The notes: a model not told the origin generated them from the letters alone. Shown: positions 17,707 through 28,851, counted from the first letter of the stretch. The stretch is 64,000 nt of DNA from Poseidonia sp. (GCA_030827365.1 JAUREO010000003.1:972-64971); one strand, 5' to 3'. Program-made: numbers and translations.

Positions 17707-18651
17707 TCATAGTGTCCAATGAAATGATAACGCCCCCGCAACTCGAAGATGTAGATTGGATTCTGCACCTCGAAGTTGAACCGTAAGCGTGTATTCTCCG
17801 GTGATGGAGGGAATGGTACCAATAGCTCCCTGCTCTGTTGCACCTGAACCCCAAGCGCGAAGCAGGGGGGATGCACCTGTTCTATCCTTCATTGCAAGGC
17901 TGCCTTGACCGCCATTTGAAATTCGTGCATCGATATACCATACGAGCACATCCCACTCCGAACCATCTGGATGTCCTGAATCAAAAAATGAATCATACAC
18001 GTCTTGGTCATTGGAATCATAAGTCGAATCGAGCAAGTCTCGAGCACGGTAAAAGAAAATATCGCCATTGTATCCGCTTTTTACTTCACTGACAACCATT
18101 TTGAGTTGAGATTCTCCTTCATCATTTACCCATTCAAATGTCGTCAAGAATTGGATGGTTGAACTAAATGTATATTTCAGCACATGGCCTGAAGAAGATG
18201 TTGCTTCAACACGGATTTCCTTGTCATAAATTGAGACCACTTCAGAAGTCCAATCTTCGCCGAAGAGACTGAATGACCATGTTGTATCGTACTCCCATGG
18301 GAAGGAGAAGACAGACTGGACCTCCCCTTGCTCGTAGACGCCTAAGGTCTGCTGATTGATTCGTCCGAGGAAAGGGTTGTGATTGATGACAGCGTGTCTT
18401 TGAGCTTCTCGCTCTGATGAGATACCGACGATGTAGTTGCCTTCACCATCGTCCTCTTCGGCTACGACGAGTCGTGCCGTGTCCTGTCCAAATTGTGGTG
18501 TTGTGAACGTAAAGACCCAAGAATCGCCCACTTCCCATGAAGGAAGAAGTAAATCTCCATCTTCAGTGGTGCCCATATATGTTGTATTATCCTCCACACA
18601 ACCTGCAAGCAAAGCGAGCAGCATCATGAGTGTCAAGAGTTGGACTCGCAC
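17707..18651 (-). CDS. Hypothetical secreted protein with lipobox-like signal (LLAGC)
   Basis: GTG start. MRVQLLTLMMLLALLAGCVEDN is a signal peptide with a Cys after LAG. The rest is acidic and beta-rich. I recognised no family. Confidence 0.55.
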   Translation of the reverse strand: MRVQLLTLMMLLALLAGCVEDNTTYMGTTEDGDLLLPSWEVGDSWVFTFTTPQFGQDTARLVVAEEDDGEGNYIVGISSEREAQRHAVINHNPFLGRINQQTLGVYEQGEVQSVFSFPWEYDTTWSFSLFGEDWTSEVVSIYDKEIRVEATSSSGHVLKYTFSSTIQFLTTFEWVNDEGESQLKMVVSEVKSGYNGDIFFYRARDLLDSTYDSNDQDVYDSFFDSGHPDGSEWDVLVWYIDARISNGGQGSLAMKDRTGASPLLRAWGSGATEQGAIGTIPSITGEYTLTVQLRGAESNLHLRVAGALSFHWTL

Positions 18652-18714
18652 AACAAGGCCTCGTGTACGCCTCTTGAAAGGCTAACGCTCCACAGTTTCA
18701 CTTTCTATGAGAAC

Positions 18715-20775
18715 TCAAAGGAGGCTTGTTCCTGCAAGAACCACTGCAACAATGGACATCAATTTGATGAGAATGTTGAGTGATGGTCCTGAAGTGTCTT
18801 TGAATGGGTCGCCAATGGTGTCACCAATCACTGCAGCACCGTGGGCGTCATCGTTCTTCTTTGCTCCTTCAATATGTCCTTGTTCAATGGCTTTCTTTGC
18901 ATTGTCCCAAGCACCACCTGCGTTTGCCATGAAGAGTGCAAGAAGGACGCCGGTTACGAGGGCTCCTGCAAGGAGTCCTCCGAGTGCTTCAGCACCCAAG
19001 GCGACACCGACGATGACTGGGGCGAGCACAGCGACAACGGACGGACCGACCATTTCTTTGAGGGCGGCCTTTGTTGAAATGTCAACACATGTTGCTGAGT
19101 CAGGCTTAACCCCTTCCTTTCCTTCGAGAAGACCATCAATTTCACGGAATTGGCGTCGAATTTCTTCCACCATCTGGCCTGCTGCCTTTCCAACTGAATC
19201 CATGGTCATTGCAGCGACGAGGAATGGTAAGCCACCACCGATCAGTAAGCCGATAACCACATTCGGGTCTTTGAGTGAAAGTGCTAAACCGCCGACTGCC
19301 GTGGAGTACGCAGCAAAGAGAGCAAGTGCAGTGAGGGCTGCTGAGCCGATTGCGAATCCTTTTCCAACAGCAGCTGTAGTGTTTCCAATTGAGTCGAGAG
19401 CATCTGTGATATCTCGAACTTCCTTTCCGAGTCCACCCATTTCTGCAATGCCACCTGCATTGTCTGCAACTGGTCCGTATGCATCAACGGTCATTGTCAC
19501 ACCAACGGTTGCAAGCATGCCCATAGCAGCCATTGCAATCCCGTAGAGTCCCATGTCGCCTCCGCCCATGAATTCATTTGCACCGTAAATACCAGCTGCA
19601 ATGAGGAGGATAGGAATGAATGTTGACATCATACCAACGGACAAACCAGCAATGGCATTGGTTGCAGGTCCTTGCTTGGACATTTCACCAATCTTTTGAA
19701 TAGCACGTGTTTTGATACCGAAAACGGGCTCGATACCTGTGTAGTATTCGGTGACAAGACCGATGAGGATGCCAAGCACAGAACCGAGAACGACCGAATG
19801 CATAACAGCCATTTCGACATTGATGAGCCCCATTTCAATGGCTCCATATCCTCCAATCCAAAACAGAAGTGCACCAATGAAGGTGGTGTTTCGCAATGCT
19901 GCTGCTGGGTCTTTGCCATTCTTGAGGAGAGCCATTGAGAATACACCAACGATTGATGCAAGGTATCCAATAAGACCTAGAAGGATTGGCATGAGGACAT
20001 AATCCGATGTGAAAGCCCCCGACTTTGAAGTGTCTGCAATCACCATTGCGGCAATGATTGAGCCAACAAATGACTCGAAAATATCAGCACCCATACCGGC
20101 TACGTCACCAACGTTGTCACCAACGTTGTCTGCGATAACACCTGGGTTTCGTGGGTCATCTTCTGGAATGCCCGCCTCAACTTTTCCAACAAGGTCTGCA
20201 CCGACATCGGCTGCTTTGGTATAAATTCCACCACCGACACGAGCAAACAGAGCAATAGACGATGCACCCATTCCAAAACCTGCTGCTGCTTCAATGGTTG
20301 AACTATCAGTGCCTGCACCGAGCCAAAATGCGATGAGTGAAATGCCAAGAAGACCAAGTCCGCCAACAGAAAGTCCCATGACCGCTCCGCCGTTGTATGA
20401 AACAGCGAGGGCGGCAGGTTGACCACCAGTCTTTGCTGCCATGGCCGTTCGGCCGTTCGCAGAGGTCGCTGAACGCATTCCGGAGAAACCAGCGAGCACA
20501 GATGCGATTGCACCTGCAAGGAAGGCTAATGCTGTCTCAACATCATTGAGTTGAGAAAGTCCAGTTGCAACAATGAGGACAAAGACTGCGAGAATCTTAT
20601 ATTCCGCTGTCAAAAACGCCATAGCACCTTTCCGGATTTCTTCGGTAATTTCTGCTACAGTTTCATTCTCAATTTTGATACTGTTGTTTTTCTTGTACAG
20701 CATGAACGCAATGAGAAGACCTACGACTGCAATGCCTGCTGATATTTCTGGTATATTTTCCATCATGTACAACAC
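18715..20775 (-). CDS. hppA: Membrane-bound H+-translocating pyrophosphatase
   Basis: [55 protein letters not shown] and GGAWDNAKK are diagnostic PPase motifs. 686 aa and polytopic. Confidence 0.95.
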   Translation of the reverse strand: MLYMMENIPEISAGIAVVGLLIAFMLYKKNNSIKIENETVAEITEEIRKGAMAFLTAEYKILAVFVLIVATGLSQLNDVETALAFLAGAIASVLAGFSGMRSATSANGRTAMAAKTGGQPAALAVSYNGGAVMGLSVGGLGLLGISLIAFWLGAGTDSSTIEAAAGFGMGASSIALFARVGGGIYTKAADVGADLVGKVEAGIPEDDPRNPGVIADNVGDNVGDVAGMGADIFESFVGSIIAAMVIADTSKSGAFTSDYVLMPILLGLIGYLASIVGVFSMALLKNGKDPAAALRNTTFIGALLFWIGGYGAIEMGLINVEMAVMHSVVLGSVLGILIGLVTEYYTGIEPVFGIKTRAIQKIGEMSKQGPATNAIAGLSVGMMSTFIPILLIAAGIYGANEFMGGGDMGLYGIAMAAMGMLATVGVTMTVDAYGPVADNAGGIAEMGGLGKEVRDITDALDSIGNTTAAVGKGFAIGSAALTALALFAAYSTAVGGLALSLKDPNVVIGLLIGGGLPFLVAAMTMDSVGKAAGQMVEEIRRQFREIDGLLEGKEGVKPDSATCVDISTKAALKEMVGPSVVAVLAPVIVGVALGAEALGGLLAGALVTGVLLALFMANAGGAWDNAKKAIEQGHIEGAKKNDDAHGAAVIGDTIGDPFKDTSGPSLNILIKLMSIVAVVLAGTSLL

Positions 20776-20920
20776 CTATTACCGACGGCGACCTAGAAAC
20801 CCTTCATAAGTATCACGCAGATAATCGCGAACAATATTCAGTTTATCTCATACATTTCAATTCACGAAGCCCAAGTGAGAATCAAATTGTTCAAAGAGGG
20901 GGGGCTTGTGGCTTTGAATC

Positions 20921-21250
20921 ATGGGCATTTCAGCCGACGAAGTTCTTGAAAAAATTGGCTCGGTCCAAGAGATTCTTGACGCCCATGACGGGGTTGTCAA
21001 TGTCGTCGACACGACCGACGGTAACATCATGATCTCCCTTGAAGGTGGATGCACAGGTTGTTCCTCCACCCCGATGACCGCCATGCAAATTTACTATTCT
21101 CTGAAGAAACTCCCCGAAGTCAACGATGTGATTTTCATCAACGGCGAATTACCAGAATACATGCGTTCATTTATCGATGATAAAATGAGGAAAGAAGCCG
21201 AAGAACAAAACAACGGAGACGATTCAGAACCACAAGGAGAAATTGTTTGA
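20921..21250 (+). CDS. NifU C-terminal-domain-like (Nfu) Fe-S cluster carrier
   Basis: ISLEGGCTGCSSTPMTAMQ carries the CxxC motif in an Nfu-type context. 109 aa. Confidence 0.7.
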   Translation: MGISADEVLEKIGSVQEILDAHDGVVNVVDTTDGNIMISLEGGCTGCSSTPMTAMQIYYSLKKLPEVNDVIFINGELPEYMRSFIDDKMRKEAEEQNNGDDSEPQGEIV

Positions 21251-21253
21251 GCC

Positions 21254-21595
21254 TTATTCTTGTTCATCGTGTTGGTTGTTCTTTTTGCGCAAGGTGTGTG
21301 GATTCGCACCGAACGACACATTTTGTCCTTTGATGTTCATTTTAGCAGAGATGGCAAGAATGATACAGAAAAGTGAGAGCGGCCTTGGTAGATAGTTCGA
21401 GCCCCACAATGAACCACCCGAAAGGTAGAGCATCCATAGTATACCAGCACAGAGCAGCAAGAGATAGAAGAGAATGTTTTGAACAATGAGTTCGGCACGT
21501 TCGGAACGAGAAAAGGTGGCAATAAAAGTAAACAAAATCAACGACAAAAAGCAAGTTGCTTCTGCCATGGTTTCAATAAAAGTTGGATTGACCAC
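21254..21595 (-). CDS. Hypothetical small membrane protein (about 3 TM)
   Basis: Hydrophobic segments CFLSLILFTFIATF, ILFYLLLLCAGILWMLYL and LSLFCIILAISA. No family recognised. Confidence 0.45.
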   Translation of the reverse strand: MVNPTFIETMAEATCFLSLILFTFIATFSRSERAELIVQNILFYLLLLCAGILWMLYLSGGSLWGSNYLPRPLSLFCIILAISAKMNIKGQNVSFGANPHTLRKKNNQHDEQE

Positions 21596-21679
21596 GATGC
21601 TCGGTGATGATTGTGCTTCTTGAATGTGGGCATGATTGTTGATGGTAAGGTTATGAATGGTCGTCGCCGTGCATTTACC

Positions 21680-23626
21680 ATGGCAGGCTCATCGTTTTCA
21701 ATTCCAAAACCTCGACCAAGTGGTCCTCCATTTTTTTCAAGAAATCAAGTTGCTCAAATGCTCCATCAGGTCGCCATTCTCCTTGAATTACAAGATGCCA
21801 ATGTGTTTCGAATTCGGTCATATCAAAACTGCAGTCGCCTCATAGGTTCGATATCTGAAGACTTCAATGAACTTGTAGCAAGCGGGGAGTTATTCAATCT
21901 CAAAGGCATTGGCAAAGGACTCGGGGAAGCCATTACTGAATCAATGAACACAGGTGATTGGCCCGATGATTGGATTCGTTTGCATACCGACACGCCCCAA
22001 GGTCTCATCGAGATGCTCGGCATTCCAGGACTTGGACCGAAGCGAATCAAAATCATGCACGACGAATTGGGTGTGGACTCTGTTGCCACTCTAAAACAGG
22101 CAGCACAAGATAATCGAATTGCTCCCATGAAGGGTTTTGGAGAAAAAACACAACAACGCATGCTGGACGGCATTGAACTGCTCTCGAGATTCCATGCACG
22201 ACGACGTCTCGATGTTGGTTTGCGGTATGGGCAGGTTCTCGAAGCCAAAATCGCATCGATTCCTGGAGTTCAACATGCCTCACTCGCCGGCAGTGCTCGG
22301 CGAAGAAGAGAAACGATAGGTGACCTCGATATCGTCGTTTCAGTACATGATTCCGACAAGGACGACGTCTCCAACGCCATTCTCAATCTTTCGGGTATTG
22401 CCGATGTGAAAGGGGCGGGGGATTCGAAAATCAGTTTAATCCTTGATACCTCTATTTTTGAAGAAGAATTTAGACTTGGTCACATCGATAAAAATGTCCT
22501 TGAGGCTATCGGCGGTGACGATTACGAACAATTGGAGGCTTCAGGCACCATTGATGCTCAAGTACGACTAGTTCCCCCACACATAGCACCATTTACCCTC
22601 GCCTACTTCACAGGAAGTAAAGAACACAACATTGCCATGAGGCAACGTGCGATTGACCGTGGTCTCAAACTCAACGAATTTGGGCTCATTCCCGAAGCAA
22701 GTGCTGGTGATCTTAAGGGCATGGATGCGGCTCATTTTTCCCTTCCGGCCTCAAGTGAGCACGATATTTACTCGCATCTTGACCTCTCATTTGTGGAACC
22801 GGAATTGCGGGAGGACATGGGTGAAGTCATCGCTGCAGAAAGCGGCCAACTTCCTGTGCTCATCGAACCTGACCAAATCCGTGGGGCTCTCCACAACCAC
22901 ACAACCCTCTCAGATGGTGAAGCAAGCCTTGAACAAATGGCAGATGCAGCACGTCAACTAGGATGGTCGTGGCTCGGTATTGCTGACCATTCTCCAACCC
23001 TGAAAATTGCTAATGGTGCCAACGCTGAGGATTTACTCGACCAAGGAAGAACCATTCGAAAATACAATGAGCAATGGGCGATGGATGGCGTCGATTTCAA
23101 ACTGTATCACGGTGTAGAATCTGACATCCTCGAGGGTGGAAAACTCGACCATCCCGATGATGTGCTCTCCGAACTCGATTATGTCGTCGCAAGCGTTCAT
23201 GCAATGACAAAGTGGAGAAATAGAGATGAGCAAGCGAACACTGAAGAATTACTCAAGGTCATCGACCATCCCTCAACCACGATTCTTGGTCACCCAACGG
23301 GAAGAATTTTGCAAGGTAGAGAAGGCTATGAAGTTGATCTTTTTGCTGTCCTTGAACACATGGCGGAGCATAACCAAAACGGCGTGCTCAAGGCCATGGA
23401 ACTCAATGCAAGTCCATACCGTTTGGATTTGGATTGGCGGCTTTGTAAGCATGCCAAAGGACTTGGCGTCCCTATTTTTATCAATCCAGATGCTCATTCC
23501 ACAAGAGGGCTATCTGATATTTCGTACGGCGTCATGGCCGGCAGAAAGGGTTGGCTTGAGGCTCATGATGTGTTGAACACGAGAACAATTTCCGAACTTG
23601 ATGTTCTCCTTTCACAAAAAGAATAA
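21680..23626 (+). CDS. polX: Family X DNA polymerase with C-terminal PHP domain
   Basis: N-terminal HhH region (NQVAQMLHQVAILLELQDANVFRIRSYQN; GIGKGLGEAI), catalytic GSARRRRETIGDLDIVV, PHP motif LHNHTTLSDG. The start was moved to ATG 21680 (MAGSSF). Confidence 0.9.
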   Translation: MAGSSFSIPKPRPSGPPFFSRNQVAQMLHQVAILLELQDANVFRIRSYQNCSRLIGSISEDFNELVASGELFNLKGIGKGLGEAITESMNTGDWPDDWIRLHTDTPQGLIEMLGIPGLGPKRIKIMHDELGVDSVATLKQAAQDNRIAPMKGFGEKTQQRMLDGIELLSRFHARRRLDVGLRYGQVLEAKIASIPGVQHASLAGSARRRRETIGDLDIVVSVHDSDKDDVSNAILNLSGIADVKGAGDSKISLILDTSIFEEEFRLGHIDKNVLEAIGGDDYEQLEASGTIDAQVRLVPPHIAPFTLAYFTGSKEHNIAMRQRAIDRGLKLNEFGLIPEASAGDLKGMDAAHFSLPASSEHDIYSHLDLSFVEPELREDMGEVIAAESGQLPVLIEPDQIRGALHNHTTLSDGEASLEQMADAARQLGWSWLGIADHSPTLKIANGANAEDLLDQGRTIRKYNEQWAMDGVDFKLYHGVESDILEGGKLDHPDDVLSELDYVVASVHAMTKWRNRDEQANTEELLKVIDHPSTTILGHPTGRILQGREGYEVDLFAVLEHMAEHNQNGVLKAMELNASPYRLDLDWRLCKHAKGLGVPIFINPDAHSTRGLSDISYGVMAGRKGWLEAHDVLNTRTISELDVLLSQKE

Positions 23627-23663
23627 GACACACATTCTTGAATCATCAACACGTGGTTTAGCC

Positions 23664-23873
23664 ATGCGAACCCTAAGAACACTCATCATGGGGGGCGTCA
23701 TGTTCATCCCTGGAATGTTTCTCGGTCTTGTTGTGTGGTACATCGCTGGAAAACCAAGCACAGAACCGCTGGAAACACTCATCTGCAATGGAATTCCACT
23801 CGTTTCAATTTCCCTTGGGTTGTTCTTTGGATGGGCAACTGGTGAAGAATACGGCATTCGTGTTGAAAAATGA
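23664..23873 (+). CDS. Hypothetical two-TM small membrane protein
   Basis: MRTLRTLIMGGVMFIPGMFLGLVVWYIAG...ICNGIPLVSISLGLFFGWA. Lies between polX and nth. Coding status is uncertain. Confidence 0.4.
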   Translation: MRTLRTLIMGGVMFIPGMFLGLVVWYIAGKPSTEPLETLICNGIPLVSISLGLFFGWATGEEYGIRVEK

Positions 23874-23889
23874 TTCAGACGTGGTCGTG

Positions 23890-24549
23890 ATGAAACGAGC
23901 AGAAAAAGCAGAACGAATTCGAACTATGCTGGAGGAAATGTATCCTACCACACCCGTGCCGCTTGACCATTCAAATGCATTTGAGTTGCTTGTGGCTGTT
24001 CTCATGAGTGCTCAAACAACAGACCTCAAAGTCAACGAAGTCACTCCCGCTTTGTTCAAGAAAGCCAACAGTGCATCAACGATGGCTCGACTGGATGTTG
24101 AAACTATTCTCAATGACATTCGACAAATTGGCCTTGCTCCGACCAAAGCAAAGAACATCAAACGACTTTCAGAAATTCTTGTTGAACAGCACGATGGTAA
24201 GGTTCCAGATTCTTTTGAAGCATTAGAAGCACTCCCGGGTGTCGGTCACAAAACCGCGAGTGTTGTCATGTCTCAAGCATTTGGAGTCCCTGCATTTCCA
24301 GTTGACACACACATTCACCGATTAGCAGCACGGTGGGGGCTTTCGAACGGAACGACCGTGGAAAAAACCGAAGCAGACCTCAAGCATATTTTTCCCCGAG
24401 AATCTTGGAATAAACTTCATCTGCAAATCATCTTTTTTGGTCGAGAACACTGCCCAGCAAGATTTCACGATTTGACATCATGCCCTATTTGTTCTTGGGC
24501 ATCAACAAAAAAACGGCAAGAACAAGAACATAAGGCCAACAAAAAGTAA
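23890..24549 (+). CDS. nth: Endonuclease III (DNA glycosylase/AP lyase)
   Basis: LVAVLMSAQTTD, HhH-GPD LPGVGHKTASVVM, VDTHIHRL, C-terminal Cys cluster. The start was moved to ATG 23890 (MKRAEKAE). Confidence 0.9.
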   Translation: MKRAEKAERIRTMLEEMYPTTPVPLDHSNAFELLVAVLMSAQTTDLKVNEVTPALFKKANSASTMARLDVETILNDIRQIGLAPTKAKNIKRLSEILVEQHDGKVPDSFEALEALPGVGHKTASVVMSQAFGVPAFPVDTHIHRLAARWGLSNGTTVEKTEADLKHIFPRESWNKLHLQIIFFGREHCPARFHDLTSCPICSWASTKKRQEQEHKANKK

Positions 24550-24552
24550 AGC
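24541..24552 (-). terminator. T-rich tract (CTTTACTTTTT on the transcribed strand) after arlJ
   Basis: Lies 15-26 nt past the arlJ stop and overlaps the convergent nth 3' end. The support is weak: T-tract only. Confidence 0.3.
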
Positions 24553-24566
24553 CTCTCGGCATACTA

Positions 24567-26375
24567 CTACGTCCCAACGCCAAAGACGGCAGAGGCTTGT
24601 TCAAGAATGAGTGCTGTCACCAAAGATGCAATGCCTGCAACCCATGTCAAGGTGATCATTTGTCCAAGAGCACTCGTCCTTGTTCCCCCTCGAAGACGAG
24701 TAGCGATAATCGAGACTGAGATGATTTGAGATAAAATAATCAATGAAACGATAATTTTGAACATCCGAATATTATCATCAACCCCAGTAGGGTCTTCCAT
24801 GACAGGCAGTGCTACTCCTGCTCCAAAATCCGAGAGGGCATTGACATCCGTATCAGTGAAATTACTTGCAACACCAGCAATGGCTTCACCAAGTTGCAAA
24901 ACAATAGCAATGGTCACATTGAGCGAAGCGACACTCGAAATCATCAATCCAAGGGCAACTCCCCACATTGTATTTGCCGATAGTGAACGTCGATGACGAA
25001 GTGATAGCAAATTTCCAACTGACCTCGAAACCATCTCTGCAGTGTCAGCAGGTTGACCTGAGGATTGTGAACCTTCGATGTAAATTCGGGTGTATCGAGA
25101 AATAACTGCCGAATTGGTATCAGCGTTGAAGTAATCCCAAGCACGGTCAGAATCTATTCGGGTGGAAAGCCGCTTCTCCAATCGATCAATAGCATTGTCG
25201 AGTAAACCAAAATCAATGCCTCGCAAAGCCCGAATCGTTGCAGAGGGTTCAGACGAACGAGCTTGGGCTGTACCACCAAGTGCTCGAATAAAATCGGGGT
25301 ATGTTTCATCTCTGCGTTGAATTTGACGCTCTTCTCTTCCAATCATGATTGAAGGAAGGAGGAAGGGTGTGAATGGTAAGACAACATATATGAGGCCATA
25401 TTTGTCCCAATTTTGTGAGAGGAATTCCCACAGAAAAATAGCTGAAAATGAAAATATGACCAACAAAAATGAAGAAAATCCCGAAGCTATGAGAAACGAC
25501 CTTCGAAAATTCACTCGGAAAGGTGTATCCATTTCGTCTCTTGCAAAGGTTTGGTCTTTGGGAATCGTGGCACGAAAAGCAAACACGGCACCAATTTGAA
25601 CAAAGACGAAAATGAGTGTCGCAAGCAAAAGATATCGAAGTCGATTTGCAATCTCGATTGGAGTATCACTATTTCCTCCAACTTGAAACAGTACGAGATG
25701 AATGCCCGCAATCACCAAAGCAAAGAGTCCAGCAGTCACAAGGCTAACATAAATTTCTTTGAGTGTGTCAACCGATTCTAGCCGAGTATCGTAAATTGTG
25801 TTGTATTGCTCAGCAATTGTTTCTTGTTCACTTCGCATGAATTCATCAATTGGTTGACCTGCCTCGATAGAGAACGCCATACGGTCAAGAAAATCTGACC
25901 ACAATGGACTCGGGCTTTGGTATGCCACAATCCTCGCTGCTTCTGGAAGGGATGTGTGCCACTTGTCAACAAGTGTTTCAATTCGTTTCACTTCAGAAGC
26001 AAGTTCACCATAATCTTTCATTTGCTTGAGAATATCAAAAATTGATTGTGCCCCTACTTCACCAAGGGATAAAATGCCCATTCGAGTGATGAACATGTGC
26101 ATCTCTGCTTCAATCAGATTCGCTGACCTGGTGACCTCTACCAGTGGAAATCCAATTGCGGAAATCCCTAGAATGAGTGGTAAGATGATGAGCAAAAGTA
26201 CTCCTGCAAGGCCAGCAAAAAGAGCCCCTTCGGAAAATCCTCCTGATATGAATATGATGACGCCGGCTGCAACCAACCCCGCAACCATGATTGGAATAAC
26301 ATAGAGAGCAAAGAAGCGTTCAATGGGCATCTCAAGGCGTCGAACGGCTATCTGCCAAATTGGCATTTTATCCAT
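24567..26375 (-). CDS. arlJ: Archaellum membrane platform protein ArlJ (FlaJ)
   Basis: 602-aa polytopic protein with two T2SF-like halves. It sits immediately downstream of arlI, with GAGGTG 6 nt before the ATG. Confidence 0.85.
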   Translation of the reverse strand: MDKMPIWQIAVRRLEMPIERFFALYVIPIMVAGLVAAGVIIFISGGFSEGALFAGLAGVLLLIILPLILGISAIGFPLVEVTRSANLIEAEMHMFITRMGILSLGEVGAQSIFDILKQMKDYGELASEVKRIETLVDKWHTSLPEAARIVAYQSPSPLWSDFLDRMAFSIEAGQPIDEFMRSEQETIAEQYNTIYDTRLESVDTLKEIYVSLVTAGLFALVIAGIHLVLFQVGGNSDTPIEIANRLRYLLLATLIFVFVQIGAVFAFRATIPKDQTFARDEMDTPFRVNFRRSFLIASGFSSFLLVIFSFSAIFLWEFLSQNWDKYGLIYVVLPFTPFLLPSIMIGREERQIQRRDETYPDFIRALGGTAQARSSEPSATIRALRGIDFGLLDNAIDRLEKRLSTRIDSDRAWDYFNADTNSAVISRYTRIYIEGSQSSGQPADTAEMVSRSVGNLLSLRHRRSLSANTMWGVALGLMISSVASLNVTIAIVLQLGEAIAGVASNFTDTDVNALSDFGAGVALPVMEDPTGVDDNIRMFKIIVSLIILSQIISVSIIATRLRGGTRTSALGQMITLTWVAGIASLVTALILEQASAVFGVGT

Positions 26376-26387
26376 CGTATCAGCACC

Positions 26388-28103
26388 TCATTTCTTGTTG
26401 ACGCCAACCCAATTTTCAACGGCTCTTTCAAAGGAATCCATGCCGTTGGTGTAGTAAATACCGAGTAAATCGAACACATCGTCGTAATGGGTTAAATCTC
26501 GTTCACACATTTTTTGAATTGCTGCAGCACGCCTCTGCATGTCATCATAAATGTCTCGCTTGTTCGCATAACCAGCCATCGCAGCAATTTTATTTTCAAG
26601 CAAATGACTTTGGAACATACCTCTAAAGTAATGCTTGTCTTTGACGGCGTCCCATTCAAACATACCACGAGTAAGTACGCCGTCGCTATGTTTGTTGTAT
26701 CCAATAACCTCGTCGATTCCCGTTACACGTCTGGCAATTCCACCACCAGGTGCCTCGACGACTTCCTGGAATATGGCAAAATTGAGGTTATCGAAAAACC
26801 GAATTGGAACATTGATTGGGTCACCAGTAAATCGTTGAATCATTTTTACGATCGATGATGCGTGGAAAGTCGCAATAACGGGGTGACCTGTTTGCATTGC
26901 TTGAAACGCAGTTGCCCCCTCAACACCACGAATTTCACCGATAATGATGTAACGAGGTCGACTACGCAATGCAGCTTTGAGAAGGTCGAACATCTGGACT
27001 CGTGATTCCTCATTCTTGGAGTCTCGGGTCACAAGCCGTTGCCAAATTTTGTGACGAACCTTCACCTCAGGCGTATCTTCAGCAGAATAAATTTTGACAT
27101 TGTGGTCGATAAATGGCAAGATGGCGTTCAATGTCGTGGTCTTACCAGACGCTGTTTCACCAGAAACCAAGACAGACATACCATATTCCAAACAAATCCA
27201 AATGTAAGCAGCCTGCTGGGCAGACATCGTTCCCCATTTGATAAGTTGGGTCACTGATATTGTTTCTTCGGCAAACTTACGAATGGTAAACGAAGGTCCA
27301 AGCATTGAGACGTCGTCAGAGAAAATAATGTTGATACGAGAACCATCGAGCAAAGCACCATCGATAATTGGTTTGTTGTCGGATACAGGTCGCCCGATAC
27401 GTTCGGACATAGCACGAAGATATCTTGAAAGCAATTCTCGTTCGCGAAATCGTATATTCGATGTCACCATACCAAAGACCTTGTGATCCATATGGATGTG
27501 CTTAAGTCCGACGGAGTGTATATCTTCCAGCATTTCATCAGAAAGAAGGGGTTCAAGTGGACCGTTCCGAATCAAATCTCGAACGACGATGTATCGTAGT
27601 CGTTCTCGTTGAGTGACTGAAACAGTTTGACGCTTATCATCAAGTCCAATGAGTTCCCACAACCGGCCTTGCCGCCGTGCAATAGCATTCGCTTCAGTAT
27701 CAAGTACAGTGTACTGGTCAATCATTTGACTTAGAATCGTTTCAAACTCATTATCGGTAGTAAAAGTAGGTGCAGACGGTGCTTCTTGGAGTAATGTTTC
27801 GACAAGATGACGGCGTATATTTTCCTCTTGGTCAGTGAGTTGTGGTTCAAGACCAAACCAGAGAATTTGCCCTCCGCCTTCTTCATCTTCTGGTGGTTCG
27901 TAAATGTGGACAAAAATTGGTTCTTTGGTGATGTAAATCAAATTAAGTGGCCTTTGTTTCTTTGCATCTCTGTCGAGTGGCCCATAGTAAATTGGCCGTG
28001 AACCGTGTTGCATCTCAAAATCTCGAACCCATTCACCAACGTGAGGATGAGCATTCATGACGCTATTAAGGTCGCCTTTTGCAAATCTTGATTCTTCTGC
28101 CAT
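26388..28103 (-). CDS. arlI: Archaellum motor/assembly ATPase ArlI (FlaI)
   Basis: Walker A SGETASGKTTTLNAI, RSRPRYIIIGEIRGVEG, QTGHPVIATFHA. The start was set to ATG 28103 (MAEESRF), which is preceded by GAGGT. Confidence 0.95.
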   Translation of the reverse strand: MAEESRFAKGDLNSVMNAHPHVGEWVRDFEMQHGSRPIYYGPLDRDAKKQRPLNLIYITKEPIFVHIYEPPEDEEGGGQILWFGLEPQLTDQEENIRRHLVETLLQEAPSAPTFTTDNEFETILSQMIDQYTVLDTEANAIARRQGRLWELIGLDDKRQTVSVTQRERLRYIVVRDLIRNGPLEPLLSDEMLEDIHSVGLKHIHMDHKVFGMVTSNIRFRERELLSRYLRAMSERIGRPVSDNKPIIDGALLDGSRINIIFSDDVSMLGPSFTIRKFAEETISVTQLIKWGTMSAQQAAYIWICLEYGMSVLVSGETASGKTTTLNAILPFIDHNVKIYSAEDTPEVKVRHKIWQRLVTRDSKNEESRVQMFDLLKAALRSRPRYIIIGEIRGVEGATAFQAMQTGHPVIATFHASSIVKMIQRFTGDPINVPIRFFDNLNFAIFQEVVEAPGGGIARRVTGIDEVIGYNKHSDGVLTRGMFEWDAVKDKHYFRGMFQSHLLENKIAAMAGYANKRDIYDDMQRRAAAIQKMCERDLTHYDDVFDLLGIYYTNGMDSFERAVENWVGVNKK

Positions 28104-28113
28104 GTGATCAACC

Positions 28114-28851
28114 TCAACTGACTGCAGTGATATCCACGATGAATCCCATGCTTGGTTCAACACGCCATCCAATGGAGGTTTGAACCGGACCAGCGGCTCG
28201 AAGGAACCTTGTCACCACGATATTTCGTTTCAAATCTCCACCAATCATTGCCGTTTTCATATCAAGAACCAATTCAGCTGATGAACGCATAGAATGCAAA
28301 AGCCTACCATCCATCTCATCTGGGTCGATGCAAAGCATGATTGAACGCCCTTGTGAAGCAATCTTTCTCAACTTTTGCATAAATTGAAATCGTTCATTTG
28401 CATCTAAATTCGCTGGAACAAGTGCACTGGCAGCATCGATAACGATGACATCGGCCATGGCGACGGCGGGACTATCGAGAACGTCAGAAATCATAACATC
28501 GCTTCGAGATTCAGCAATAGTACCATATCTACTGATGACCATAATTCGGCCTTCTCGAATAGAATGGGTTACGCCATATCCAATGGATTCCATTTGTTCA
28601 ATCCAACCTCTTGTTGTGAGTTCGGTTGTAATCACTAGAACTTTGACATCATTTTCAACTAGACCGTAAGACAATCGCTGAGCAATCAATGATTTTCCTG
28701 CTCCAACACTTCCTTGCACGACATATAACGAACGATTGGGCAACCGCAAGCCCATCGAATCAGCAAGTGAATCGGTTTCCAAATCAAATGGAAACCCGTC
28801 TTCGACTGGTTTATGTGCAATCATGAATGGATCATCATCATTAGATTTCAT
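28114..28851 (-). CDS. arlH: Archaellum KaiC/RecA-like ATP-binding protein ArlH (FlaH)
   Basis: Walker A QGSVGAGKSLIAQRL, 245 aa, located between arlG and arlI. Confidence 0.85.
   Translation of the reverse strand: MKSNDDDPFMIAHKPVEDGFPFDLETDSLADSMGLRLPNRSLYVVQGSVGAGKSLIAQRLSYGLVENDVKVLVITTELTTRGWIEQMESIGYGVTHSIREGRIMVISRYGTIAESRSDVMISDVLDSPAVAMADVIVIDAASALVPANLDANERFQFMQKLRKIASQGRSIMLCIDPDEMDGRLLHSMRSSAELVLDMKTAMIGGDLKRNIVVTRFLRAAGPVQTSIGWRVEPSMGFIVDITAVS

Noticed and set aside
18707-19546. 279-aa + strand ORF antisense to the H+-pyrophosphatase gene.
   Set aside because: The product is Ala/Pro/Ser/Thr-rich and low in complexity. It lies entirely within a gene that has unmistakable PPase motifs. 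This is a typical shadow ORF.
24551-24597. 8-bp inverted repeat (AAGCCTCT / AGAGGCTT) at the convergent nth/arlJ junction, considered as a bidirectional terminator hairpin.
   Set aside because: The 8-bp arms enclose a ~33-nt loop and extend into the arlJ coding sequence, so the predicted stability is poor. The T-rich tract is the more plausible termination signal.
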